Positions 38,831-47,850 of a DNA stretch of 64,000 nucleotides are shown here, in pieces. A program made the translations under genes and the position numbers. The notes under the pieces were generated by a model. The model saw nothing but the letters and a program-made list of their open reading frames with translations, did not search any database and was not told the origin of the DNA. Position 1 is the first letter of the stretch, and every line of letters begins with the position of its first letter. Source of the DNA: Clostridiales bacterium (lineage in GTDB: Bacteria; Bacillota; Clostridia; Christensenellales; Borkfalkiaceae); NCBI GenBank assembly GCA_003523255.1, contig DPGH01000012.1, positions 118,759 through 182,758 on the forward strand, written 5' to 3'.

Positions 38831-39781
38831 CTAAACGTCTGTTTTTTCGTTTTCTTCTTTAATCAGTTGTTTTTCGGCTTCTTCAAGGTCGTTTATCGAA
38901 ACGGGGTTTACGTGCACCATGCAGTGTTTTATTCTCCCGTCCAGCCCTTCGATTGCCGAATGCGCTTTTTCCGCAATGTTATGCGCCGCTTTAAGAGAAA
39001 GATTTTCGTACGCGCCTATTTCCGCGTCCACGTAAATTTTATTGCCGAAAACTCTCGTTTTAAGGCTGTCTACCGAAAGTACCCCGTCGATGGACAAAAG
39101 CGCGTTTTTTATTTCTTCCGTTTGCTTTTCAGGACAAGACTTGTCGGTCAGTTCGTCGATGGATTCGATAAATATTTTTACCGCCGTTTTAATTATGAAC
39201 ACGCATACGATAACCGAGGCGATAACGTCGAATATTTTCATGTTAAAAGCGAGCGTCGCTCCGACGCCTAAAAGCGTGCCGAGCGAAGAAATCGCGTCCG
39301 ACCGGTGATCCCATGCCGCCGCTTTAAGAGAAACAGAGTTCGCTTTTTTCGCCTCGTAACGGGTAAACCTATACATAAATTCTTTTACGACTACCGAAAC
39401 CGCCGCCGCAATCAACGCAAGCGTTTCGGGAGCGGGGGCGGACTTGTACTCGCCGGTTACAAGACTTACGATTCCGTCGTAGCCTATGAGCGCGCCGGAA
39501 GCGAAAACCATTACGGCAAGAATAATAGAAGCGACGCATTCGAGTCGCTCGTGGCCGTACGGGTGGTCGGCGTCCGACGGTTTGTTTGCGACCGCAACGC
39601 CGATTATCACGATAATCGTGCTCAAAACGTCAGAACAGGAGTTTACCGCGTCGGAAACGAGCGCGGCGGAATTGCCGAGCAGACCGCCTGTAAGTTTTAA
39701 CGCCGCCAAAAAAAAGTTGACGACTATGGTTATAACGGAAACTTTGATAACCGTTTTTTTAGCAACGTCTGATTTAATCAA
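38831..39781 (-). CDS. Cation diffusion facilitator family metal efflux transporter (CzcD/FieF-like)
   Basis: Six TM helices with AALVSDAVNSCSDVLST and HRSDAISSLG motifs, and a C-terminal cytoplasmic domain. Confidence 0.85.
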   Translation of the reverse strand: MIKSDVAKKTVIKVSVITIVVNFFLAALKLTGGLLGNSAALVSDAVNSCSDVLSTIIVIIGVAVANKPSDADHPYGHERLECVASIILAVMVFASGALIGYDGIVSLVTGEYKSAPAPETLALIAAAVSVVVKEFMYRFTRYEAKKANSVSLKAAAWDHRSDAISSLGTLLGVGATLAFNMKIFDVIASVIVCVFIIKTAVKIFIESIDELTDKSCPEKQTEEIKNALLSIDGVLSVDSLKTRVFGNKIYVDAEIGAYENLSLKAAHNIAEKAHSAIEGLDGRIKHCMVHVNPVSINDLEEAEKQLIKEENEKTDV

Positions 39782-39886
39782 CTAAACGCCCCGCTTGCGC
39801 GTGAATTTATTTATTATTATACTTTTATTTTAACTTGCTTGTCAAACGAAACGCGTCGTGTTAAAATAAAAAAAAAGGAGCGCGGT

Positions 39887-40324
39887 ATGAAAGCGGTTTT
39901 GCAAAGAGTATTGTCGGCGACGCTTAAAGTCGACGAAAAAATTATATCCGAAACGGGTAAAGGTTACGTGGTTTTTCTCGGCGTGGGTACGGGCGATACG
40001 GAAGAAAACGCCGATTATTTTATAAAGAAAATACCGGGATTGCGCGTTTTTGAGGACGAAAACGGCAAAATAAACAAATCTATAACAGACGTCAAGGGGG
40101 AAATATTGCTAGTTTCGCAATTTACGCTGTACGCAAACGCTTCTCACGGCAACCGCCCCGATTTTCTATCGGCGATGGAGCCACGCCGCGCGGAGGAGTT
40201 ATATCTTTACGTCGCAAAAGGACTTAAAGAAAAGGGGATATGCGTTAAACTCGGCGTTTTCGGCGCGGATATGAAAATAAGCCAGGTAAACGACGGACCG
40301 TTTACGATTATTCTCGAAAAATAA
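39887..40324 (+). CDS. dtd: D-aminoacyl-tRNA deacylase
   Basis: MKAVLQRV..., SQFTLYA and NGPFT hallmarks. Start placed at ATG 39887 behind an AAAGGAG SD (the ORF-track start at 39839 adds an unlikely 16-aa extension). Confidence 0.88.
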   Translation: MKAVLQRVLSATLKVDEKIISETGKGYVVFLGVGTGDTEENADYFIKKIPGLRVFEDENGKINKSITDVKGEILLVSQFTLYANASHGNRPDFLSAMEPRRAEELYLYVAKGLKEKGICVKLGVFGADMKISQVNDGPFTIILEK

Positions 40325-40329
40325 ACGAT

Positions 40330-40366
40330 AAAAAAACGCCGCGGAGATTCGCGGCGATAGTTTTAA
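40330..40366. terminator. Bidirectional terminator between dtd and the convergent TSCPD gene
   Basis: A7-CGCCGCG-gagatt-CGCGGCG-ATAGTTTT. Confidence 0.6.
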
Positions 40367-40374
40367 AGTACGAA

Positions 40375-40629
40375 TTACACGGCGTGCGTCTGTTTGTATT
40401 TTTCGAGCGCGGTGGCGAACTGATCGCCGCAAGAGGTGTTGCCGCGGCACTTTATGCCTTTGAGTAAAGATATAACTTCGTCTATCTGCCTTCCTTCGAC
40501 GAGTTTGGATACGGCTTGAAGGTTGCCGGGGCATCCGCCGAAAAATTTAACGTCGGTAACTTTACCGTCGGGCGTAACGTCGAACGATATTTTTGTAGAA
40601 CACGTTCCTTTGGTAAAATAAGTTTCCAT
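40375..40629 (-). CDS. Small TSCPD-domain protein (TIGR03905-like, 84 aa)
   Basis: KFFGGCPGNLQAV...CRGNTSCGDQFA pattern of the TSCPD/NrdD-associated small-domain family. Assignment from memory. Confidence 0.5.
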   Translation of the reverse strand: METYFTKGTCSTKISFDVTPDGKVTDVKFFGGCPGNLQAVSKLVEGRQIDEVISLLKGIKCRGNTSCGDQFATALEKYKQTHAV

Positions 40630-40642
40630 AAAACTCCTTTGG

Positions 40643-41197
40643 TCAATCGACGAGGTTTTCGTAAACGGTGCGGTAAACGTCCGCCGCTTTCTCGTTCCAT
40701 TTTTTGTAAATGTCTTTCGCCGTCTGGCGGTTAGGCACTACGAGTTTCAGTTCGAGCACGGGCTGAACGGGCTCTATTATCTTAAGATAAACGGTATAAG
40801 TTCCGTCTTTATTCATAAAGTAATCTGCAACGCACTCCTGTTTTCTTCTGTAACGCGTGCGGTTGTTTTTTATGAAAAGCGAAATTTCTTCTCTGGTAGA
40901 GGCGGGTATGTTTATAAAAAAGTTCGCAAGACAAACGCGCCCGTCCGTCGTGATGGTATACATCGGTTCGGACCCGCCGCCTATATCGTAAATCCAGCCG
41001 TTTTCGAGCAGTTGACTGAGTATGGGTTGGCAGTCCATATAGGCAAGCCAGTTGTTGGAAGAACAGCACATGTCGAGCACCGTATTTTCGGACAGCGGCA
41101 CTTCCATTTTGTCGAAAACGAACAGGAGTATTAACTTGTTTAAGGACGAATCGCCTTTTACCTGCATTTGCTTTACTCCGATTTTACTACCGACCAT
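40643..41197 (-). CDS. Conserved hypothetical protein (possibly DUF4364 family)
   Basis: 184 aa, soluble. Co-oriented and 13 nt from the TSCPD gene. Family name uncertain. Confidence 0.4.
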   Translation of the reverse strand: MVGSKIGVKQMQVKGDSSLNKLILLFVFDKMEVPLSENTVLDMCCSSNNWLAYMDCQPILSQLLENGWIYDIGGGSEPMYTITTDGRVCLANFFINIPASTREEISLFIKNNRTRYRRKQECVADYFMNKDGTYTVYLKIIEPVQPVLELKLVVPNRQTAKDIYKKWNEKAADVYRTVYENLVD

Positions 41198-41345
41198 TAT
41201 ATTACAAAAAACGCCTTTTGTAAATAGGTTTATAGAAAATTTTGCAAAATTATAACGAAAAACGGTTTATAATCGGCGTGCAATGTGGTATACTTAATCA
41301 AAATAGGGTAGCCGTAACCGCGGCAATCATAGCGGAGGTAAGATT

Positions 41346-42158
41346 TTGAACACTCGCGAAGAGTTAGACGCGTTCGTTTTACGTGCGGACGAATTGATAC
41401 AAAGCAGTTATATTCTCGCCGACATAAAAATCGTAAACCTTTTAAAGGCGATAGCCGCTTCTAAAACCATTCTCGCGATTTTCGAAAACTGCATTTCGGG
41501 TTTCGATTTTGAAGAGGCGTGCAAAAAATATCTCGTAAAAAGTAAATATCTTGCGGGGGATAAGGGCGAATTCGTGCTTCCTTCCACCACGAGGGAGTTG
41601 CTCGCTTTCGTGTTTTACGTGCTCGTTAAGGTAGACGATAAGTCGATAGACCTTGCGGAGTTCATAAATAAATATTTTTACGTGGACGGCAGTTTTTCGG
41701 CGGGATATCACGCGTTTATAAAAGCGATGATTATTCCTATGCGCGATTCTGTTAAAACTCTTACCGAAAGCGTTATAGAGGGTAAACTTCAAAACCCCGT
41801 CGAGGCTTTGAAAGAAGAGGAAACCCGTCGCGAAAAAGAAAAAGAAGAAAACGCAAAAAAAGCGGAAATCGAGGCGGAAATACAAAAAAAAGGATACGCC
41901 GACAGCGTAAAAAAGATAAAAGCGATACTTTTAACCGACAAAGTTAAGATAAAATCCTCCAAACGAAAAGACGCGGTTAAAAACGAAATGCTTTTAATCG
42001 TCGACATGCTTGCAAACGTTATCACCGGCGGCGACGGAGACGCGATCGAATACGCGTTTACCGCTTATAAATATCTTGCCAAAGCGCACCCCTTTTCTAT
42101 GTGCGGCAGGGTAAGAAAAATAGGCAAACTTTTAGAGGGCGTTTATCGTGAACTTTGA
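41346..42158 (+). CDS. Hypothetical protein with lysine/glutamate-rich coiled-coil segment
   Basis: TTG start behind a GGAGGT SD. Central EEETRREKEKEENAKKAEIEAEIQKKG low-complexity region. Divergent from the DUF4364-like gene. Confidence 0.5.
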   Translation: MNTREELDAFVLRADELIQSSYILADIKIVNLLKAIAASKTILAIFENCISGFDFEEACKKYLVKSKYLAGDKGEFVLPSTTRELLAFVFYVLVKVDDKSIDLAEFINKYFYVDGSFSAGYHAFIKAMIIPMRDSVKTLTESVIEGKLQNPVEALKEEETRREKEKEENAKKAEIEAEIQKKGYADSVKKIKAILLTDKVKIKSSKRKDAVKNEMLLIVDMLANVITGGDGDAIEYAFTAYKYLAKAHPFSMCGRVRKIGKLLEGVYREL

Positions 42159-42669
42159 GGAAAAAACGCTTGTCAAAAATTACGTTTATAAAGGCAAAAT
42201 ATTAAACCTGCGTAACGACGAGGTTCTGCTTCCGGACGGTAAAACGTCTAAGCGAGAAATAGTCGAGCATAGCGGCGGCTCAGCCATGTATTGCGAAAAG
42301 GGCGGTAAGGTTTTACTCGTTAATCAGTTCAGGTACGCGTATAATCGGGTATTATACGAATTGCCTGCGGGTAAATTAAACCCGGGCGAAAACCCCGCGG
42401 ATACCGCGATAAGAGAACTCGAAGAAGAATGCGGCGTAAAAGCGGGTAAAGTCGAACTCATGTTTGAGATTTATCCTTCGCCGGGGTATACCGACGAGAT
42501 TATAAGGGTTTACCGCGCGACCGAATTGACCGAAACGAAAATTCGTCTTGACGAGGGCGAGTTTTTGACTTCGGAATGGTTCGATAAAAACGAATTGAAA
42601 AAAATGATTGCGCACGGCGAAATAAAAGACGGTAAAACGCTCGTTGCGCTTTTATCCGAAATAAAGTAA
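42148..42669 (+). CDS. NUDIX hydrolase (ADP-ribose pyrophosphatase-like)
   Basis: Nudix box GKLNPGENPADTAIRELEEECGV. Confidence 0.85.
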   Translation: MNFEEKTLVKNYVYKGKILNLRNDEVLLPDGKTSKREIVEHSGGSAMYCEKGGKVLLVNQFRYAYNRVLYELPAGKLNPGENPADTAIRELEEECGVKAGKVELMFEIYPSPGYTDEIIRVYRATELTETKIRLDEGEFLTSEWFDKNELKKMIAHGEIKDGKTLVALLSEIK

Positions 42670-42711
42670 ATATCGGGGAACTTGATAGATTATAGCAAAG
42701 GCAGAAAATAA

Positions 42712-44535
42712 GTGAAAAGAGAAGACGTAAGAAACGTTGCGATAATCGCGCACGTAGACCACGGCAAAACCACGTTGGTCAACGAAATGTTAAAACAAGG
42801 CGGTATATTCCGCAGCAATCAAGAAGTAATGGACAGAGTAATGGATTCCGGCGATCTCGAAAGAGAGCGCGGCATTACCATTCTCGCAAAAAATACTTCC
42901 GCGTTTTATAACGGTGTTAAAATCAACATAGTCGACACTCCCGGACACGCAGATTTCGGCGGAGAAGTGGAGCGCGTTTTGAAAATGGTAAACGGCGTAC
43001 TCGTCCTCGTGGACGCGTGCGAGGGACCTATGCCTCAAACTCGCTTCGTTATGCAAAAGGCGCTCGAACTTAACCACAAACTTATAATCGTAGTTAATAA
43101 AATCGACCGTCCGGACGCGAGGTTGAAAGAAGTGCAGGACGAAATACTCGAACTGCTTTTCGACCTGAACGCAAGCGACGACCAACTCGACAGCCCCATA
43201 GTGTTTTGCTCGGGGCGTAACGGTACCGCAACTACGGATTTAAGCGTACCCGGCGTAGACTTAAAACCGCTTTTCGAGAAAATAGTCAATTATTTCCCCG
43301 CGCAGGAAGTGGATACCGACGGACCTTTCCAGATGCTCGTTTCGTCGATAGACTATAACGAATACGTCGGGAGAATAGGTATCGGAAGAATAGAAAGGGG
43401 CGTCGCCTCCGTCAATATGGACGTGGAAACGTGTAATTATAACGTGTCCGGTTACGGCGCGAAAGGCAAACTCGTAAGCATGTATCAGATAGAGGGCTTA
43501 AACAGAGTTCCTTGCGACAGTGCGAAAGCGGGAGATATAGTATGTATAAGCGGGCTTGAAAACATTTCGATAGGCGACACCGTTTGCGCGCCGACCTGCG
43601 TTGAACCCGTGCCTTTCGTTAAAATTTCCGAACCGACCGTAGAAATGACTTTCTCGGTAAACGATAGTCCGTTTGCCGGTAAAGAGGGTAAATTCGTAAC
43701 AACCCGCCACCTTCGCGACAGACTGTTTAAGGAGATGCTTAAAGACGTTTCTCTCCGCGTCGAAGAAACGGATTCCGCCGACTCTTACCGCGTTTGCGGC
43801 AGGGGAGAAATGCATTTATCCATACTCATCGAAACGATGCGCCGCGGCGGCTATGAGTTTCAGGTGGGCGCGCCGAAAGTTTTGTATAAAGAAGAAAACG
43901 GCGTTTTGCTTGAACCTATGGAAAGACTCGTCGTAGACGTGCCGGAAGATAAGACGGGCAGCGTGTTTTCGAGTATGGGCGTAAGAAAAGGCGAACTTTT
44001 ACAAATGGAAAACGTGGGTAGCAGAATTCGCTTGGAATTCAAAATTCCCGCACGCGGCTTGTTCGGGTATAAAAGTCAGTTTTTGACCGATACCCGCGGC
44101 GAGGGCGTTTTCAATACCATATTTTACGGATACGAAGAGTTTAAAGGCGAAATTGAAAGACGAGCCACCGGTTCTCTCGTCGCGTTTGAAACGGGCGAAG
44201 CGGTTACTTACGGACTTTATAACGCGCAAGGGCGCGGTCAGTTGTTTATCGGCGCGGGCACGCAGGTCTACGAGGGTATGGTGGTGGGCGTATCTCCCAA
44301 AAACGAGGACATAACGGTAAACGTATGCAAGAAAAAACACCTTACAAACACTCGCGCTTCCGGTTCTGACGACGCTCTCAGACTCGAAACTCCTAAGATA
44401 ATGAGCCTTGAAGAGGCGATGGAATTTATCGCCGACGACGAACTGTTGGAAATTACTCCGAAAAACATTCGTATCAGAAAGAAAACTTTAGACACCGAAA
44501 CCCGCTTAAAAAGAAAAGCCCGCGGGCTCGAATAG
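42712..44535 (+). CDS. typA: Translational GTPase TypA/BipA
   Basis: [18 protein letters not shown]1, DTPGHADF G3, NKIDR G4. EF-G-like domain order. GTG start. 607 aa. Confidence 0.92.
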   Translation: MKREDVRNVAIIAHVDHGKTTLVNEMLKQGGIFRSNQEVMDRVMDSGDLERERGITILAKNTSAFYNGVKINIVDTPGHADFGGEVERVLKMVNGVLVLVDACEGPMPQTRFVMQKALELNHKLIIVVNKIDRPDARLKEVQDEILELLFDLNASDDQLDSPIVFCSGRNGTATTDLSVPGVDLKPLFEKIVNYFPAQEVDTDGPFQMLVSSIDYNEYVGRIGIGRIERGVASVNMDVETCNYNVSGYGAKGKLVSMYQIEGLNRVPCDSAKAGDIVCISGLENISIGDTVCAPTCVEPVPFVKISEPTVEMTFSVNDSPFAGKEGKFVTTRHLRDRLFKEMLKDVSLRVEETDSADSYRVCGRGEMHLSILIETMRRGGYEFQVGAPKVLYKEENGVLLEPMERLVVDVPEDKTGSVFSSMGVRKGELLQMENVGSRIRLEFKIPARGLFGYKSQFLTDTRGEGVFNTIFYGYEEFKGEIERRATGSLVAFETGEAVTYGLYNAQGRGQLFIGAGTQVYEGMVVGVSPKNEDITVNVCKKKHLTNTRASGSDDALRLETPKIMSLEEAMEFIADDELLEITPKNIRIRKKTLDTETRLKRKARGLE

Positions 44536-44581
44536 AAAGCCGTAAAATTTACTTGTTTTAAATAAAAATCATAACTGAAAC

Positions 44582-44614
44582 GAAGAGGTCGCCCGTTTAT
44601 CGGGCGACCTCTTC
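44582..44614. terminator. Perfect 14-bp hairpin (GAAGAGGTCGCCCG-tttat-CGGGCGACCTCTTC) between convergent typA and the Cys-rich small gene
   Basis: Read directly. The U-run is weak on both strands and slightly better for the minus-strand gene. Confidence 0.6.
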
Positions 44615-44667
44615 CGCTTGAAAGCGTCTACTTTATGAGTCGTCTTTCGTAAAATAACTTTTGCGGT

Positions 44668-44874
44668 TTATTTGCAGCCGCAGCCTAAGTTGCCGAAAAA
44701 GTTCCCGCCGCCTTTGCAGCAGCAGCAAATAAGGAGCAGAGCCACAGGCAGACAGTAGCAACTGTTGAAGATTCCGTTAAGGCAGCCGCTTTTTGCGAGG
44801 CAGATAATAAGTAAAATTATCAGAATCCATAAGCAGCAATTGTTGCCGCCGAATAAGTCAAAACATCCGTTCAT
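44668..44874 (-). CDS. Small cysteine-rich hydrophobic protein (68 aa, 13 Cys), YjcZ-like?
   Basis: Strong SD GGAGG 7 nt upstream of the ATG. Sequence MNGCFDLFGGNNCCLWILIILLIICLAKSGCLNGIFNSCYCLPVALLLICCCCKGGGNFFGNLGCGCK. A terminator hairpin lies downstream. The opposite-strand ORF 44765..44968 is rejected. Confidence 0.6.
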   Translation of the reverse strand: MNGCFDLFGGNNCCLWILIILLIICLAKSGCLNGIFNSCYCLPVALLLICCCCKGGGNFFGNLGCGCK

Positions 44875-45130
44875 ACGTTTACCTCCAAAGTATATACGAA
44901 CCTCCGCCTATGTAGTTTTAAGTGTTTCGGCGAAGTTTTCTACTATCAATATAGTCGCAAAATCTTAAAAATGTTACGACCGCCCTTTTTTTATTTGCTA
45001 CCGCAATTAAAATGTGTTAAAATAATGCAAAAGGCGGACAGAACTATTCGTTCGACCTAATAACATAAAAACAGGTTTTTTACTTAAAATTTCGACGGGT
45101 ATTCATTCGTAAACCCGATTGGAGGCAAAA

Positions 45131-45730
45131 ATGCAAAGTAACCTTACAAAGACCCGTAAAATCACGTATTTTGCGGTGCTTACGGCACTCGTTGTCGTTT
45201 TTCAACTTTTGTGCGGCACGTTACGCATCGGCGCGATAAATCTTAATTTTTCACTCGTTCCGATAGTCGTCGGCGCAATGCTGCTCGGGCCGTTGTTCGG
45301 CTCGATTATCGGTCTTATCGAAGGCGTCGTCGTGCTCGTCATGGGGGTAACGGGATTAGACCCGTTTACAAACGCATTGTTCGGTTTAGAGCCGGTCGTA
45401 ATCGCGGCAGTGTGTCTCGTCAAAACGGCGGCGGCAGGCGCGGTTTCGGGCTTGCTATTTAAACTTTGCGAAAAGAAAAATCGCACTCTCGGCGCGTTCG
45501 TCGCGTCGGCGGCGGCACCCGTCGTCAACACGCTTATATTCGTTATAGGTATGCTGTTTATTCAGGGTGCGCTCGTAGAACTCGGGTATACGGACGGAAC
45601 TTTCGTTTCTATACTCACCGCGCTCGTCGGATTTAATTTTTTCGTCGAACTGGTTATAAATCTCGTACTCGCGCCGGCGGTTTTACGCGTCGCCTGCGCG
45701 GTAGATAAAAATTTCGGGAGAGAACAATGA
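45131..45730 (+). CDS. ECF-transporter substrate-specific (S) component, putative pantothenate-specific (PanT-like) by linkage to coaX
   Basis: About 6 TM small membrane protein. GGAGG SD before ATG 45131. 4-nt overlap with type III pantothenate kinase. Confidence 0.5.
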   Translation: MQSNLTKTRKITYFAVLTALVVVFQLLCGTLRIGAINLNFSLVPIVVGAMLLGPLFGSIIGLIEGVVVLVMGVTGLDPFTNALFGLEPVVIAAVCLVKTAAAGAVSGLLFKLCEKKNRTLGAFVASAAAPVVNTLIFVIGMLFIQGALVELGYTDGTFVSILTALVGFNFFVELVINLVLAPAVLRVACAVDKNFGREQ

Positions 45731-46500
45731 TACTCGCGATAGACGTTGGCAATACCAACATAAAATACGGAGTTTACGATAAAGACGCGCTCGTCGCGTC
45801 GTTCAGGGTTTCGTCGCGGCTATCTCGCACGGCGGACGAATACGGGTCGGTACTCGTAAATCTATTATCCGATAAGGGTATAGAAAAGGGTGAAATAAAA
45901 GGCATTATAGTTTCTTCCGTCATACCGCACCTTAATTACACGATATGCCATATGTGCGAATACTTTTTCGACATTTCACCCTTAATGGTGGGGCCGGGGA
46001 TAAAAACGGGGCTCGACGTAAAGGTGGAAAGTCCGAAAGAGGTCGGCGCGGACAGAATAGTAAACAGCGTGTCCGCATATAATAAATACGGCGGACCGAT
46101 AGTCGTTATAGACTTCGGAACGGCAACCACTTTTAACGTGATAGACGGAAAGGGCGCGTTAATCGGCGGCGTAATCGCCCCGGGTATAAAAACCTCGCTC
46201 GAGAGTCTTGTAAAAAACACCGCGCAATTACCTATGATTGAACTCGTTTCGCCAAAATCGGTAATCGCCAAGAATACCGAAACCAACATGCAGGCGGGTA
46301 TTATTTTCGGCTTTGCGGGGCTTGTGGACAACATTCTTAACAAGATAAAAGCCGAACTCGGCAGCGAAAACGTAAAAGTCGTAGCGACGGGCGGACTCGG
46401 CGAAATAATCGCCAAAGAAGTAAAAAGCATTTCAATCGTCGACAGAACGCTTACTCTCGACGGGTTGAAAACGATATATAATCTCAACGTAAAAGGTTAA
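45727..46500 (+). CDS. coaX: Type III pantothenate kinase
   Basis: MILAIDVGNTNIKYGVY, GADRIVNSVSA and FGTATTF motifs of CoaX (Bvg accessory factor family). Confidence 0.88.
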   Translation: MILAIDVGNTNIKYGVYDKDALVASFRVSSRLSRTADEYGSVLVNLLSDKGIEKGEIKGIIVSSVIPHLNYTICHMCEYFFDISPLMVGPGIKTGLDVKVESPKEVGADRIVNSVSAYNKYGGPIVVIDFGTATTFNVIDGKGALIGGVIAPGIKTSLESLVKNTAQLPMIELVSPKSVIAKNTETNMQAGIIFGFAGLVDNILNKIKAELGSENVKVVATGGLGEIIAKEVKSISIVDRTLTLDGLKTIYNLNVKG

Positions 46501-46514
46501 ATAGGGTGAGAGAA

Positions 46515-47789
46515 ATGAAAAAAGTCGGTGTTGCGATTTTAGGGCTCGGCGTCGTCGGCGGCGGTACGTTCAAAATACTTACCGAAAAGAAAGAGTTTTT
46601 CAAAAAAACTCAACGGCTCGACGTTACCGTAGAAAGCGTTTTGGAGCGCGATAAAGAGCGCGCGATTAGAGCGGGTGCGAGCGAAGATATAATCGCCGGT
46701 AATATCGAAGAGGTCGTGTCTAATCCCAACGTCGATATCGTCGTAGAAGTTATGGGCGGAGTAGAGCCTGCCAAAACTTTCGTGCTTAAAGCGCTTAAAA
46801 GCGGCAAAAGCGTAGTAACTTCTAATAAAGAACTTTTCGCCAAATGCAGACACGAACTCGAAGCGGAAGCGCGCAAAAACGGCGCGGGACTGTATTTCGA
46901 AGCGACCTGCGTCGGCGGCGTTCCGATAATACGCACGCTTATAGACGGCATGCAGGCGAACGAAATCGCTTCGATTAAAGGTATAATAAACGGCACCACG
47001 AATTACGTGCTGACAAAAATGACTAAAGACGGGCTTTCATACGAAGCCGCTTTGAAAAACGCACAGGATCTCGGGTTTGCCGAACGCAACCCCGCGGCGG
47101 ACGTAGAGGGGTTTGACGCGACTTATAAACTTTCGATTCTCGCAAGCCTTGCCTTCCATAGCGATATTTCGATAGGACAAGTATATCGCGAGGGTATAAC
47201 CGCCGTAACCGCGGAGGATATCTCCGCGGGGGCAGAAGCGGGTTATGTACTTAAACTGCTTGCTATAGGTAAAAAATCGGAGGCGGGCGTAGAAGTTCGC
47301 GTTCATCCCGCCTTTATACCCGTAAATTCCGGACTTGCGGGAATCAGCGACTCCTTTAACGCCGTACTGTTAAACGGCGATTCCGTGGGCGAAATAATGC
47401 TTACCGGGCGCGGCGCAGGCGCGCTCCCTACCGGCAGTGCAATCGTGTCGGATGTTATTTACGCCGCAAAACATTCCGAAGATTTTCGAGCGCCGCTCTT
47501 CAGCGACGAAAAAACCGAAAAGGAAACGCCTGTCGTTTCGGACTTTATATCGGCAAGGTTCGTAAGACTTACCGCTTCTTCTTCGGCGTCCGTCGGCAAA
47601 ATCGTTTCCGCAATGGAAAAATCGGGCGTAAGCGTTAAATCTATAAAAGAAAAAGCGCAAAGCGGCGGCGTAGAGGTTACCGTTATAACCGCCCCCGCGA
47701 AGGAGAGCGCATTCAAAAAGGCAGAGGATAAAATCGCCTCTTCTTGCGGCGACGTAAAAATCGTTTCCGCGATAAGAGTGGAAGAATAG
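46515..47789 (+). CDS. hom: Homoserine dehydrogenase with C-terminal ACT domain
   Basis: VGVAILGLGVVGGG NAD fold, catalytic-domain consensus, C-terminal ACT. Start at ATG 46515 after AGGGTGAGAG. Confidence 0.85.
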   Translation: MKKVGVAILGLGVVGGGTFKILTEKKEFFKKTQRLDVTVESVLERDKERAIRAGASEDIIAGNIEEVVSNPNVDIVVEVMGGVEPAKTFVLKALKSGKSVVTSNKELFAKCRHELEAEARKNGAGLYFEATCVGGVPIIRTLIDGMQANEIASIKGIINGTTNYVLTKMTKDGLSYEAALKNAQDLGFAERNPAADVEGFDATYKLSILASLAFHSDISIGQVYREGITAVTAEDISAGAEAGYVLKLLAIGKKSEAGVEVRVHPAFIPVNSGLAGISDSFNAVLLNGDSVGEIMLTGRGAGALPTGSAIVSDVIYAAKHSEDFRAPLFSDEKTEKETPVVSDFISARFVRLTASSSASVGKIVSAMEKSGVSVKSIKEKAQSGGVEVTVITAPAKESAFKKAEDKIASSCGDVKIVSAIRVEE

Positions 47790-47805
47790 TTTATAACTAA
47801 TAAAA

Positions 47806-47839
47806 CAAAAACGCTCGCATATCAAGGCGAGCGTTTTTC
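47806..47839. terminator. Bidirectional rho-independent terminator (A-run-ACGCTCGC-atatcaag-GCGAGCGT-TTTT)
   Basis: Perfect 8-bp stem flanked by A/T runs, between hom and the convergent DnaD-like gene. Confidence 0.75.
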
Positions 47840-47850
47840 GTTGACTTTGT

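Noticed and set aside
39839-39886. Extended N-terminus of dtd (MSNETRRVKIKKKERG)
   Set aside because: The Lys-rich extension comes from an A-tract. AAAGGAG sits right before ATG 39887, which yields a canonical Dtd length.
44765-44968. Plus-strand 67-aa ORF opposite the Cys-rich gene
   Set aside because: No SD. The minus-strand ORF has a textbook GGAGG-N7-ATG and a downstream terminator, so only that one is called.
44969-45118. Possible riboswitch upstream of the PanT-like/coaX/hom operon
   Set aside because: No recognisable riboswitch consensus (no known pantothenate riboswitch; no T-box, SAM or lysine signatures). Left as an ordinary 5' UTR/promoter.
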